Shown here one piece after another: positions 10,141 through 20,993 of a DNA stretch of 64,000 bases (position 1 is the stretch's first letter; each line of letters begins with the position of its first letter). The notes below the pieces were generated by a model. It had not been told where the DNA came from and did no database searches. It worked only from the letters and a program-made list of their open reading frames with translations. The stretch spans positions 1,743,270 to 1,807,269 of the forward strand of contig SMSO01000007.1 of assembly GCA_004764695.1 (NCBI GenBank), given 5' to 3'. The DNA comes from Schizochytrium sp. TIO01 (taxonomy: Eukaryota; Protista; Bigyra: Labyrinthulomycetes). A program made the translations under genes and the position numbers.

Positions 10141-13100
10141 CTAAATGACAGTAAAAGTTGTCCACAAGTCTGCATACGATGAGTCAAGAAGCAAGGGTGT
10201 ATCACCAGGTGCAGCGCCCAAAAATATGCAACGTCTCTGGTCGATCAGTGACTCCTCATAGCTTGTTACTGTTGCATTAGACTCCACCATACAAATAAAC
10301 TCATCTTCCGTAAAATATATATGAACTGCGCTATCAACACTTTGAGTTGAGCTAGTCACCTCTTGTAACATGAACTGCTCATATTCATCGAAATACACAA
10401 CATAAGACACATTGGTTCCATTCGAGGAAGGAATAGTTGCCTCAAGCTGGTTCAAAACATTGTTGAAAACAAAGAATTGACTATCGTCAGTCTCGTCACA
10501 CATATTGGAAATAAGCATACTGCGATACACGTTGGCCTCCAAGCAAATGTATTCACCCTTGATGCGAAGTGGGAATCGATTGCAGTCCACATTATAACAA
10601 TTGTAAACCAAACTGCTGCCTGTACCACAAGGGCAACCATTCTCTTCAAGAGTCTCATTGAGTGAAGGGAAATTGCTGCCAAGTGTGCAATCATCAGAGT
10701 ACTGTGCAATTGTAATTGGTCGAATCTGTCGATACATCTGTAGTTTTTCAAAATTGAGAACAATCTTCCAACTACTGGATGGTGGGACTTCGCTGTCTGA
10801 CAGGGCTACTGCAGTAGCATAATAGCCCGTGCTAGGTATTAAATCGGAATCAATATACCAAGCTTGGCTTGCATCGTCCTTGTACAGATGGATTTGTTCA
10901 TCTGCAGCTAAATACAAAGTATCCAGCATTGTATACCATGCTGCAGCGGACTTACTCGATGACCGCTTTTGGTATACTGTATAGTCATAAGCAGCATTTA
11001 TAGTTTGCGTAGTTAGACCTCCACACGAGTGAATACTAGTATGAAAACGACATTTCTTCTGTGTTTCTTGGGTATTTGAGTTTACATACTCGACGTACAG
11101 AACATCATCACAGTCATCTACCTCATCACATAGATCCATGCAAATTTGTGGACTGATCTCATCAGATGTTTCGTCTACAGTGATATACCAAACCTTTTTA
11201 CCAGTAGTAGGGTTCGTCACATAGGTTCTGCAATCAGAGTCAACTGCAATAAAATAACCAGGATACGCTCTGTAACCCGTCGTTGACGCATATCGTTTAA
11301 CGTATACACCATTCATGCCTGGAGTAGTTATACCATCTGAACGGGATGTCAACGTTTGTAAACCACTCACGCGCATGTATGTGCAGTTTCCTGTTGCTGG
11401 ACAGGATTCTGACATTGCAGTGAGCTCGCCACGCCATTGAAAATAACGAGGAGATGGAAACTCATGAACCTGGGGAGTACCTAAACTGGCATCTATGCAA
11501 AACGACCTATAGAAGGTTCCCGAAGCAGATGCGACCCCATCCTCATATTCATGACCGTCTAAATAGTTGATCGTATCCGTTGGGTCTGCAAGTTCAAATG
11601 TTTGCGATAAGCCACTGGTCGTGTAGACTTTAATGACGACGCCTGATTCTTCCAACGGGTCTACACCGCTTTGCAGGATTAATAACTCTTCAGCCGTCGT
11701 TCCGTTCGCCCAAAGTTCATACATATCGCGGTAGTCAATTGAATATTCAGATGAACAGTGATAATCTAAGGCTCCGCATTTCGTGTTCGGTCCACAGCAC
11801 GGTGAATCAATAGGGCAGGTAGCTAACTGGCCATCTTCGCTAAGATAGTCGGGTCGATTGCAATAGTTATCATCACGCGTTTGAGACATCCATGTATCGT
11901 TAAGAAAGCGACGATAATCGATGGAGTAGCGTGACTTACAAAAGGTGTTGCTTAGTCCACAAATTCCCATCGTTAAATGGCAACATGGACGTAGGTCTGT
12001 TTGTCCATCAGACCATGTTACCGCTACCGGAGGACACTGAGCTGCTTCACCGCTTGACAATGGATAGTTTGGTCCACAACGTGCATCATCGCGATGCTTC
12101 TTGTATGAGCTTGATGTGACTGGTTTAGTCCGCGAAACAAAGAACTTATAGACTGTGGAGCGAAATTGCGAAAAGTAGACCACTTGCATAGCTTTCCCGT
12201 TGCTTTGTAGGACATCGTCAGAACGTATGAGCTTTGCTCCACTGCAGCTGCAGGCATCATCAGAAAGCATTTTGCTACTGACCCTGCATGAATCTCCCTC
12301 TTCGCTCGCTTCAAACTCCACCGACATATCCACCTGGAGAGAAGTTGCTTCGAAGGCAACTAATAAGGTCCCCTCTTCTAAAACTCGCGCGACGTTGACG
12401 TCGAGCTCGGTGGTTCCATTCACAGTGAACATTTTGACTCGTGTGTGAAATTCTGAAGCACCAATAACTTGCACAGCTGTTGCACTATACCCAAGCGATG
12501 TTGCAGCAAGACCCGATTTATATGACACTACTAAAGTATACGCACCAGCTTCTAGATCAGGCAAAGAAAATGTGGAGTTTGATATTGCAACTTTTGTCAA
12601 CGAGGTTGTGACGTTGACATCACTTGAGCAGGAAGTTAGACCAGCTGGACTTACATCTATCAATGTTGAAGTTCCAAGAACTACAGCTTGTACATCTGCA
12701 TCACCGGAGTAAATTGGCTCAACGTTTTCATATGCAGGTACGGTGCCTCGGTACAAGTTTAGGGTTGCCTCCACTCCAAGACCTGCTTGGATATCAATAA
12801 TATTACCGGTTACACCATAGGTTGGTTCTGCCAAGCTTGATGATGAACCTGCCAGATCAGATGGAGTAAAGTATAGTTCATCTGCGACACAAATACTGAA
12901 CGAAAATTCGGATACGACAGGTGTCTTGCGACCAGCTACACCACAATACGACTTCGCCCACTTGTTTTGGTACTTTTGAATGTACTCAGAGGTACCTTGT
13001 TCGAGTGGCCTTGCATCTCGTGGAAAACCTACATCATCATCATAGTTTGCATAGTTCCAGCGATTCGTCTTGTTTGCCATATCAACTTCTGTAGGATAGA

Positions 13101-16100
13101 TTGCAAAGTTCTGATTGATCAGATGGGTCTTGTTGAGGCTTGACCAGTTGTCAAGCATCATAGAATATGCATCGAATGAGTCTGGCACTTCCTCATCTAA
13201 AAGTTCATAATATAGGTACGGGTCTCCAGCTATGTCGTATCGCCACTTGCGCCCAAGTTCGAAAAGTGCATTGATGATATATTCACCGAGGTTATATGTC
13301 ACGCGACAGTCTTTCTGATGAAAAACTGTTGTCCATGAGCCGTCAGGACAAGCTGCAGCACTTGAAGTTGTACCGTCATCTTCATACTCGCACAGATAAG
13401 GGTTTGATTCGCATGCATTATCTTGAGAGCAAATCGTAAGAAAGACCTCATACTCACCACCAGTAAGGCTTGCAATAGCTTCACTGGGCACACATTTTCG
13501 TGTAGGTGCTGTCGTAGGTCGTGTTGTGGGCTGCATACTGCAATCATAACCAATATAGCCACTATTACAATAACACGCACCCAGGTAAGGGCACTCTGCT
13601 GCAGCATATTTATCTGCATCGCAACAAATACCATTGTCGGAGCATGTTCTAGAATCTGGACATATGTTGACCTCCGCATTTTCAGAGCATGGTAACGTTT
13701 CTAAATAACTTGATGATGCAAGTTTGAGTCCCGCTAATGCATTTTGGATTGCAATAACTTTGGCATTGTACTTTTCTGCATAAATATTCTCCACTCTCAC
13801 TTCAACTGTATAAGTTCCCGAGCTGGAAATGAGCGTCGGAGCTGATATAGTAGAAAGATCAGCCCAACATGCCCCAGAGGTAGAGCGTAGTCGCGTCACA
13901 AGAGGATGGGTACCTGCGGCTACCTGAAATTTCGGAGATGCGGCAGCTCTGTCTAACAAATAGCCGTCACTAAGACCAACAATTGAAATACTCATCGTAA
14001 TATTGTAAACGTCATCCAATGCCAAAACCTCATCCACGGTGCATGTAGATACTTCACTAATAAGGGTACCACACCTTGCAGTAATTAGTGTTTCTTTCAG
14101 TTTTGATAGTTTGATTGTGCCACAATCAGCCAAACTTGTAACATCTATGGAAAATACTTCGGTCCATGCAGCTCGGAACTGTGAAAGACTCGCAAAGCTC
14201 GAATCACCAGTCTCACTCTTTGAAACTCTTTGCACGAGGCTTTGGATTGCATCATAGGCATCCTCCATCCATGTAAATTTGCAGCTCTCAAATGAAAACT
14301 CTGCAAATGGCTCGCGATACGTGGTAGGTCGAATCGTTGGGTACAATGTTGGGGCATGGGTCGGCGAAACTGTAGGCGATCTCGTAGGTGATGCGGTTGG
14401 GTCTAAAGTGGGGCTTAAAGTTGGGGAGTTTGTGGGACTCAACGTTGGAAACTCCGTTGGATATAGTGTCGGTGACAAAGTTGGTTGTGATGATGGGCTC
14501 AACGTTGGAAACTGGGTTGGCGCATTAGTAGGAGCATCCGTAGGAGTATTGGTTGGAGCATCTGTAGGGGCACTGGTTGGAGCATCTGTAGGAGCATTGG
14601 TTGGGAAATTGGTTGGAGATGATGTCGGCGATTCTGTAGGCGCATCTGTGGGATTCAATGTTGGAGCATTTGTTGGTGCGTCTGTAGGACTTTGTGTCGG
14701 CGCATCTGTTGGTGCGTCTGTAGGACTTTGTGTTGGAGCATTGGTCGGGAACAGAGTCGGGCTTTGCGTTGGAGTATCCGTTGGTGCGACTGTAGGAGTC
14801 AGTGTTGGGGCTTCTGTAGGGGAGGAAGTTGGTTTTTGCGTTGGAGGCGTAGGACTTTGAGTTGGATATAGGCTCGGCGATTGAGTTGGGGCTTCTGTTG
14901 GGTCTGTTGGTGCAGCAGTAGGGCTGACTGTTGGTGAATCGGTTGGTTTCAATGTTGGGCTCAAAGTTGGAGCCATAGTAGGGCTTTGAGTCGGAGCTAA
15001 AGTTGGAAACTTTGTTGGAAACTTTGTCGGGAGCATCGTTGGGTTGAGTGTGGGCGACAATGTAGGAAAGCTAGTAGGGTTAGGTGTGATCGTATTATCA
15101 CACGCCATATATTCCAGATACTGAGCACATGAAAGAGTATTTTCGATACAGTAACCCGTAACAGGGTTTTTACACAACCTTGTTGCTGTAGCCAGTAAGG
15201 AGGAAGCATAAGTTTTGCAACCACAAGGATTGAGATTTGCAGGCGCAAGACTTATATCATCTAACTCTACAATACCACCGGGCTCCATGTTAAAGGCATG
15301 GCCTTTACTTGTTGTGTAGTCATCATGGGTGATCGCCATTCCAAAATGATATTCAGAATCTGAATCTTGGGAAACAAACTCTGGGATACTAATTTCAAAG
15401 TAGCCATCAGAATCAGTGCTCTCAACTTGACTAGTGTCTGCTGCAGAGGTTCCAACACAAGAAGTCGTTGCGACTCCTTCTGTCTCATACCAAGTGCAAC
15501 ACGGGCTTGTGCAAGAACCATAAACACCACTATACTGGGTGCAGTCATCGGTACAGTCTTCATATGAAGAAGCGTTTGCGGACAAAGCACAGTCACCAGT
15601 GCGGATACTCCATAACCGTACCACAGCACCTTCAACCGGCTCTCCATTTGTACTAAGAACTCGACCACTAATTAGAGTGCTGCTAGCGACCCGAAAGGTA
15701 GCAACAGAAACGCTGGAATAGATGAGGAAGTACGAGGAGCAGTCTGTGGAGTCCGTACGTGTAATTGTAATTCCATCCTCATGGTCCGGGCTGCAATTTG
15801 TAGGATAAATTCGAACATCCGGAGCATAAGAGCCCCAGCCGCGCGTGACGATAAGTGTTTGTTTGTCGTACAAGGTTGCATTTGCTCCATTATCAGCTTC
15901 GATGACGAACCTATTTCCATCTTCGACGCGAAATATGGATTGTAGTGTACATAACATCTCCCAGGGTTCAGTAAGACTTGAAACATCAGTTCGACCCGCG
16001 ACAACATTAGAGGCTGAAGCTAATCGTCTGTGTTCATATCTTAAAGACCTGCGGCGGGTTGATTCATCATCGCTTGACTCTTCAACATCCTCATCTTCTG

Positions 16101-19100
16101 ATGAGCTTGTTGATGATGAAGATGTTGCGCGACTTTGTGGTAAGGGAATAGCAACCTGCGTATAGATTGTGGACAAAGATGCGCCATAGGTGAATGTAGC
16201 ACTGGGGTCATATTCAACAGTTAGCTTGACATAAGGCTGGCAGGTGTTTACATCGGGGATGTAAATCTCACTTAGGATATCAGTCACATTATAATAGTCT
16301 GCAGCAGCTAGAGCTGCATCAAGCTCCACCTGAGTCCAGCAAAAAGCGTCATCAATGCAGTCTGACGTAGAGAGACAGCTTGCGTCGTAGTCGCAACGAG
16401 TAGCGCATACTATACCTCCACAATCTACGTCTGTCTCATTGCCATCTACAATATTATTTTCGCAAGAAACGCACGTGCCACTTAAGCAAAGATTACTGTC
16501 ACAATCGCGGTCTAGTTCACAGCTAAGACCATCATCGCATGTAAGTCCAATAGTTGTGCACAGATTTCCGCCACAGTCAATATCAGTCTCTGTTTCACTG
16601 ACTTCTCCATCCGAGCAAACCTCTACGATATAGTTATATGCAGCGCTACTGCCTAAAATATCTGCGTCAAGGTCGGCATCTGCTATAGAATACACTGTTT
16701 CACAAACTCCAGCTGAACAAGTACCTGTTGAGCAGCTTGCTGAACATCTTTGAGTTTGACAGTCGTACATTTGTTCGCAGCCTTTTCCTACGCGACAACG
16801 CCTTGAACAAACTTGGCCTCCACAATCAATCCCAGTTTCATCCCCGTCTTGGATACCGTTTGAGCATGAGACACAGATACCTAAGGTCTCGTGGCAGACT
16901 CCACTTGAGCATTGTGATGGTGATGTGCATGTACTCCCATCAAGACAACGTCCGTTATCGTCGGCAGTTATGTTTGCACCAGCAGCTGAGACATTCGAGG
17001 GCTTATCATAAGGGTAATGACGATAGTAGTCAACGCACTGCGCAGAGCCACAATCTACATCACCTTCATCGCCATTACGTATACCATCTTGGCAACTAAT
17101 GCAAGTTCCATTGGAGCATGTCTGAGAGAGACAGTCAGCATCATTCGTACACGCAGCACCAAGGGGGCATAGAAAGGCATCACTGTCATTATATGAGTTG
17201 TAGGATGTATTTCCATTTACAGCGGAATAGAGGTATGATCTGCATTGGCCGCCACCACAGTCGATTGATGTCTCTGATCCATCTCGAATACCATTGGTGC
17301 ATTGTTCCACAAACGTTTCTTCACGGCAGAGACGTGTTTCTTCATTGCAATGTGAGGAAGAGCAGTCTGAGTCTTCAGTACATTTTCGTCCCAGCGCGCA
17401 ACGTGCGGCACAACCCCCGTTGTTAGAGTCCCCTCCACAATCAATGTCTGTCTCATTGCCATCACGTAAACCGTTAGAACAGGATTGAACATCTGCAGAT
17501 GTTGCGATGGGGGTTTTATTAACTGCATATGTATCTTTGTCGAGAGAAGCAATAATCTCAGAGGGAGAGATACGTTGTGTTCCAGTTGACACTGAGACGC
17601 CAATGATGATAATTGCAGCAAGCAGCAGAAGTAGAATAAGAGTAATCAAAATTCGAGCTCGATGCTTGCTCAAGCGTTTGACACGCTCCGTCTGGCGAAA
17701 ACGGTGGCGGATTAGCCATATATCAGAACGGAGGGCAATGGCTAGGCACAAGATTAGCATGACAAGTCCAAAAATCAAAATTGACATGAGCTGGGTAATC
17801 CCGTTAGAAAGTAGCTGACAGCATGAGAAATTGAGACATCCTTCAGGGTTGTAATTCACTGTGCTGTTGCTACTATTGGTCACGCCTGCCGTAGGGTCGT
17901 AAAATTCCCATGCAAATGCAACTTGGCTCTTGTTTTGGCAATTTGCTGAATCTCCGATACCTGATGTGGAGTAGACATATTGGGAGGTAGTTGTATTGTA
18001 CACCTCTACCTGTGCTCCCATTGCTGTTCCACCATACTTTGTGCAGCTTACCGTGGACTGCCACCATTCGTATGACATAATTTGGAGGACAGACCTGCAG
18101 CTACCTAGGATGGCAGAATTAACGTCTGCTACTAGGAGACCAATCATCAGGGATAAGATCGCAATAATTAGAATGATCATGGAGACTGCATGTGCTTTAA
18201 GTAAAGGAACATGCTCAATCATTGCAGCGCCGAACCCTACGACACTAAGAATGATTAGAACTAAGCACAATGTAAGAAAAAGATAAAGCGCTGCTAAAAG
18301 GGGCTTGCTATTGACAGCGTCATCGTCTAAGACCTGCGCATAGTTCAGTAAGGAGAAACTCAGACGAAGTCCTACGATCCCAAGTGTCACAAGGATAAGG
18401 GAGAAGCTTTCCAAAAAGCTCTGTGCCATTTCATAGATAGTCACAATCATGATAGTAGGTCTTAAGGAAATGAGTGTTAGCAAACAAACCAGAATGCTCA
18501 CACCAGATGAAATTCTCGCATAGTATTCTGTGTTACCATAGACATTGGCGGTAAGAATTGAGTTGTCGTCGAACAATGTAATAATACTGATTGGAAGAAT
18601 AACAAGATTCAAAGTGAACGCAAGGTGAAAATATACTTGAAGCAAGTATTGTCCAGGAGTCTCGATGCCATCATCATCTAGCTCCAGATCCTCACGAACA
18701 CGAATGGCTCCATATGCGCCCACGAGAGAAGAAAAAAGCATAATTGCTCCACAAAACATCATTACCTTTCCTACCGGCGAGCTGATTTCCTCGTCTACGC
18801 TAGCATTCGCTGACTGCAGTCCACACCAAATCAATACAACCGATGTGAGCCCTATTAGAGCAAGATTGCTGACGAGGTTTGCATGCGTCCATTTTTCTTG
18901 TACATGCTTGCGTGCCTCAACAAGAGGAGTTGATCCCTTGAGGTAAGCATTGCGAAACTCTGTTTGGGCCACGCTAAGGCGTTTGGCAGCTTCTCGAGGC
19001 ACCTGCTTCCCAATCCCCTGCAGAAACTCTTGAATAGCATCATCGTCGGCATCATTATCCTGCCTTTTTGTCGTCTCAATGACCTTGGCGGCCTTAACTT

Positions 19101-19125
19101 TCGGTGGCTCAGGGCCAACCTTCAT
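10141..19125 (-). CDS. Giant (~2,990 aa) multi-pass cell-surface protein: ~9 N-terminal TM helices and a modular Cys-rich ectodomain
   Basis: Uninterrupted 9-kb ORF with first ATG at 19125. TM region ~18875-17590, six C-x-(N/D)G-x-x-(D/N)G-x-ET(D)(I/V)DCGG-type repeats, carboxypeptidase-regulatory-like beta domains, a PT-repeat stalk, an EGF-like module, two hevein/chitin-binding-like repeats, and PAN-like and ricin-like segments. Confidence 0.93.
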   Translation of the reverse strand: MKVGPEPPKVKAAKVIETTKRQDNDADDDAIQEFLQGIGKQVPREAAKRLSVAQTEFRNAYLKGSTPLVEARKHVQEKWTHANLVSNLALIGLTSVVLIWCGLQSANASVDEEISSPVGKVMMFCGAIMLFSSLVGAYGAIRVREDLELDDDGIETPGQYLLQVYFHLAFTLNLVILPISIITLFDDNSILTANVYGNTEYYARISSGVSILVCLLTLISLRPTIMIVTIYEMAQSFLESFSLILVTLGIVGLRLSFSLLNYAQVLDDDAVNSKPLLAALYLFLTLCLVLIILSVVGFGAAMIEHVPLLKAHAVSMIILIIAILSLMIGLLVADVNSAILGSCRSVLQIMSYEWWQSTVSCTKYGGTAMGAQVEVYNTTTSQYVYSTSGIGDSANCQNKSQVAFAWEFYDPTAGVTNSSNSTVNYNPEGCLNFSCCQLLSNGITQLMSILIFGLVMLILCLAIALRSDIWLIRHRFRQTERVKRLSKHRARILITLILLLLLAAIIIIGVSVSTGTQRISPSEIIASLDKDTYAVNKTPIATSADVQSCSNGLRDGNETDIDCGGDSNNGGCAARCALGRKCTEDSDCSSSHCNEETRLCREETFVEQCTNGIRDGSETSIDCGGGQCRSYLYSAVNGNTSYNSYNDSDAFLCPLGAACTNDADCLSQTCSNGTCISCQDGIRNGDEGDVDCGSAQCVDYYRHYPYDKPSNVSAAGANITADDNGRCLDGSTCTSPSQCSSGVCHETLGICVSCSNGIQDGDETGIDCGGQVCSRRCRVGKGCEQMYDCQTQRCSASCSTGTCSAGVCETVYSIADADLDADILGSSAAYNYIVEVCSDGEVSETETDIDCGGNLCTTIGLTCDDGLSCELDRDCDSNLCLSGTCVSCENNIVDGNETDVDCGGIVCATRCDYDASCLSTSDCIDDAFCWTQVELDAALAAADYYNVTDILSEIYIPDVNTCQPYVKLTVEYDPSATFTYGASLSTIYTQVAIPLPQSRATSSSSTSSSEDEDVEESSDDESTRRRSLRYEHRRLASASNVVAGRTDVSSLTEPWEMLCTLQSIFRVEDGNRFVIEADNGANATLYDKQTLIVTRGWGSYAPDVRIYPTNCSPDHEDGITITRTDSTDCSSYFLIYSSVSVATFRVASSTLISGRVLSTNGEPVEGAVVRLWSIRTGDCALSANASSYEDCTDDCTQYSGVYGSCTSPCCTWYETEGVATTSCVGTSAADTSQVESTDSDGYFEISIPEFVSQDSDSEYHFGMAITHDDYTTSKGHAFNMEPGGIVELDDISLAPANLNPCGCKTYASSLLATATRLCKNPVTGYCIENTLSCAQYLEYMACDNTITPNPTSFPTLSPTLNPTMLPTKFPTKFPTLAPTQSPTMAPTLSPTLKPTDSPTVSPTAAPTDPTEAPTQSPSLYPTQSPTPPTQKPTSSPTEAPTLTPTVAPTDTPTQSPTLFPTNAPTQSPTDAPTDAPTQSPTDAPTNAPTLNPTDAPTESPTSSPTNFPTNAPTDAPTSAPTDAPTNTPTDAPTNAPTQFPTLSPSSQPTLSPTLYPTEFPTLSPTNSPTLSPTLDPTASPTRSPTVSPTHAPTLYPTIRPTTYREPFAEFSFESCKFTWMEDAYDAIQSLVQRVSKSETGDSSFASLSQFRAAWTEVFSIDVTSLADCGTIKLSKLKETLITARCGTLISEVSTCTVDEVLALDDVYNITMSISIVGLSDGYLLDRAAASPKFQVAAGTHPLVTRLRSTSGACWADLSTISAPTLISSSGTYTVEVRVENIYAEKYNAKVIAIQNALAGLKLASSSYLETLPCSENAEVNICPDSRTCSDNGICCDADKYAAAECPYLGACYCNSGYIGYDCSMQPTTRPTTAPTRKCVPSEAIASLTGGEYEVFLTICSQDNACESNPYLCEYEDDGTTSSAAACPDGSWTTVFHQKDCRVTYNLGEYIINALFELGRKWRYDIAGDPYLYYELLDEEVPDSFDAYSMMLDNWSSLNKTHLINQNFAIYPTEVDMANKTNRWNYANYDDDVGFPRDARPLEQGTSEYIQKYQNKWAKSYCGVAGRKTPVVSEFSFSICVADELYFTPSDLAGSSSSLAEPTYGVTGNIIDIQAGLGVEATLNLYRGTVPAYENVEPIYSGDADVQAVVLGTSTLIDVSPAGLTSCSSDVNVTTSLTKVAISNSTFSLPDLEAGAYTLVVSYKSGLAATSLGYSATAVQVIGASEFHTRVKMFTVNGTTELDVNVARVLEEGTLLVAFEATSLQVDMSVEFEASEEGDSCRVSSKMLSDDACSCSGAKLIRSDDVLQSNGKAMQVVYFSQFRSTVYKFFVSRTKPVTSSSYKKHRDDARCGPNYPLSSGEAAQCPPVAVTWSDGQTDLRPCCHLTMGICGLSNTFCKSRYSIDYRRFLNDTWMSQTRDDNYCNRPDYLSEDGQLATCPIDSPCCGPNTKCGALDYHCSSEYSIDYRDMYELWANGTTAEELLILQSGVDPLEESGVVIKVYTTSGLSQTFELADPTDTINYLDGHEYEDGVASASGTFYRSFCIDASLGTPQVHEFPSPRYFQWRGELTAMSESCPATGNCTYMRVSGLQTLTSRSDGITTPGMNGVYVKRYASTTGYRAYPGYFIAVDSDCRTYVTNPTTGKKVWYITVDETSDEISPQICMDLCDEVDDCDDVLYVEYVNSNTQETQKKCRFHTSIHSCGGLTTQTINAAYDYTVYQKRSSSKSAAAWYTMLDTLYLAADEQIHLYKDDASQAWYIDSDLIPSTGYYATAVALSDSEVPPSSSWKIVLNFEKLQMYRQIRPITIAQYSDDCTLGSNFPSLNETLEENGCPCGTGSSLVYNCYNVDCNRFPLRIKGEYICLEANVYRSMLISNMCDETDDSQFFVFNNVLNQLEATIPSSNGTNVSYVVYFDEYEQFMLQEVTSSTQSVDSAVHIYFTEDEFICMVESNATVTSYEESLIDQRRCIFLGAAPGDTPLLLDSSYADLWTTFTVI
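14320..15090 (-). repeat. Coding tandem PTxx (PT-repeat, mucin-like stalk) array
   Basis: Dozens of 12-nt units encoding PTxx (PTDA, PTQS, PTLS, PTNA) within the giant ORF. Confidence 0.9.
16340..17485 (-). repeat. Six coding Cys-rich ETD(I/V)DCGG-type repeats
   Basis: CSNGLRDGNETDIDCGG, CTNGIRDGSETSIDCGG, CQDGIRNGDEGDVDCGS, CSNGIQDGDETGIDCGG, CSDGEVSETETDIDCGG and CENNIVDGNETDVDCGG, each followed by a C..G..C....DC.S..C-like motif. Confidence 0.9.
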
Positions 19126-20993
19126 CTGAATACAGCTTTCTTTGAGACGTAGACCAAAAAGGATATGGGGCCAATGCCTGGCCTGCCCGACAGCGCGCGG
19201 AGCTTTAGTCAAAAGGTTTTGGCCGGCAAACTAAGATTTTCTAATCCCTAAATATCAGCAATCAATGCTTTTCAATGCTTCACTATGCTGCAAACAGCAT
19301 AGAATCTCTACATGCGCTGAGCTCGGTCTATGCTAAGGTTTCTGTACTTTATTTGCCAAGGCGTCAAGGAACTTGGTCTCTTCTTCAGTTCCCAATAGCT
19401 TTCACTCGTAAAAACGCAGCCTTTTCAGACCTGGCTGCTTGCAGTCCCAGGTTTAGACGCCGAAAGATCAGACTAGGGACAGTCTGAGCTGGCTGGAGTA
19501 GAGAGTCTTTTCTGATTGCACTAATGTAACCCATGTAGACTGATGCAATCTCGCCAAGGAATACAAAGCATACTTTTTGTCCCAGATGAACCGTTGAGAG
19601 CCCTCTACTTTATTATCGTGCACGATATTGATTTCACAAAAAGAAAAAAGAAAAAAGACAAAGACAAAGAAAAAGAAAACAACTTCTGCGGACAATATGA
19701 AGGGCGCTTGATAGTGAGTAGAAGGGTTTGTGCGAGATTTATGAGGCAGTTCGGGACACTCAGGGATTCCAAGGCCGAAATCAGTGCATGTCCTGAGAAG
19801 TTGCCGAATCTGGTAGTAAACTTATATGCGTTATTGTGCACGGAGGTCTGGTTCATCTCCGGTTCAGAAGGGAAGGGAGGCATTGCTGAGTGCTGCTTGA
19901 TCGCTTGGCAGGAAGGGGGTTAGTTGGTTCGTTCAACGGTTGAGCTAAGCAAATGTCTAGGCACTACTAGCTAGTGCTAATTTACCTCCTAATCGACAAA
20001 GGGCTCTGAGAACCATTAAGTGGAGTTCTTCTCTTGCCTTCGCAAGATTGCATCTGGGGCACTGAGGAAGACGGTTAGTTATTTAGGCTGAAAGAAGTAA
20101 AACCCGGATGAATCACGATTACAATATCGGCGTTCATGACGAAATCTAATCTAGCGTTGTTCATGTTGGTCAGGGCGCCACTTTACTGCGTTGAAATAGA
20201 TTAGGTTAGCGTGACTTCTCATAAAAGGGAACCAAATAGACTTCCACTCGACGAAGTCTAACTAAGAGGATGGAAGGATCCTTTGTTACCAAATTTGAGC
20301 GTTTTGAGGGGTGTTTGTTTTGTATCCAGAGATAAGATGATGGAATTATGAAAGGTATAGGCATATTTCTGAAGTGGGTTAAAATAGCCATGAACCTTTC
20401 CGCCCCCCTCAGTTTTCGTGATGTTAATTTCTCAGGTCCAGGGTGAATAAATATGTTTCATATTCATGAGTGTGTTGACTCATGAAAAAGAAAAGACCCT
20501 ATGGAATGTTGTAAACATTAAAAATGAACCTTTACAGGGGGTTCTTGAAAGAAAGTTAATCAGTGTTTTCTCAGTACACAAAATAGATCCCTGACAGGCA
20601 TCTATGGATGACAGAAACTGATGAGGAAACGGCTCTACGAAAGCCCATTCTCTCAATCATGATTATGGCTCAGGTTTGTCTTCTTATCAAGAACCAGTTC
20701 ATTTTGAGGTACAATGTAAAAAACGCAGTACTCTTGCTAATTAGAAACAGTCCATAGCAATCTTCTACTTTATTTGAAAAATTCAAGTCAAAGCAAGTGG
20801 TTAAGTCTGCAAACGAAAATTAAGCGCATTCAATAGTAAATCTAAATTTGGTGCAGTAAGTAAGAATAAATTTGAAAATTCAGGAGAAATGTCGAACATA
20901 AAAATTAGAGGTCAGGAAATGAATCAATACAAGGACATAGAACCAGTTGGCGAATACGCCTACAAAATATGCGAAAAGTTCCTTTGTCACACA

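Noticed and set aside
14279-14860. 193-aa VG-rich ORF
   Set aside because: Antisense reading of the PT-repeat stalk.
20618-20680. CTGATGA...GAAA hammerhead-ribozyme-like core
   Set aside because: Stem II has only one possible pair and stem I does not form next to the candidate UH site.
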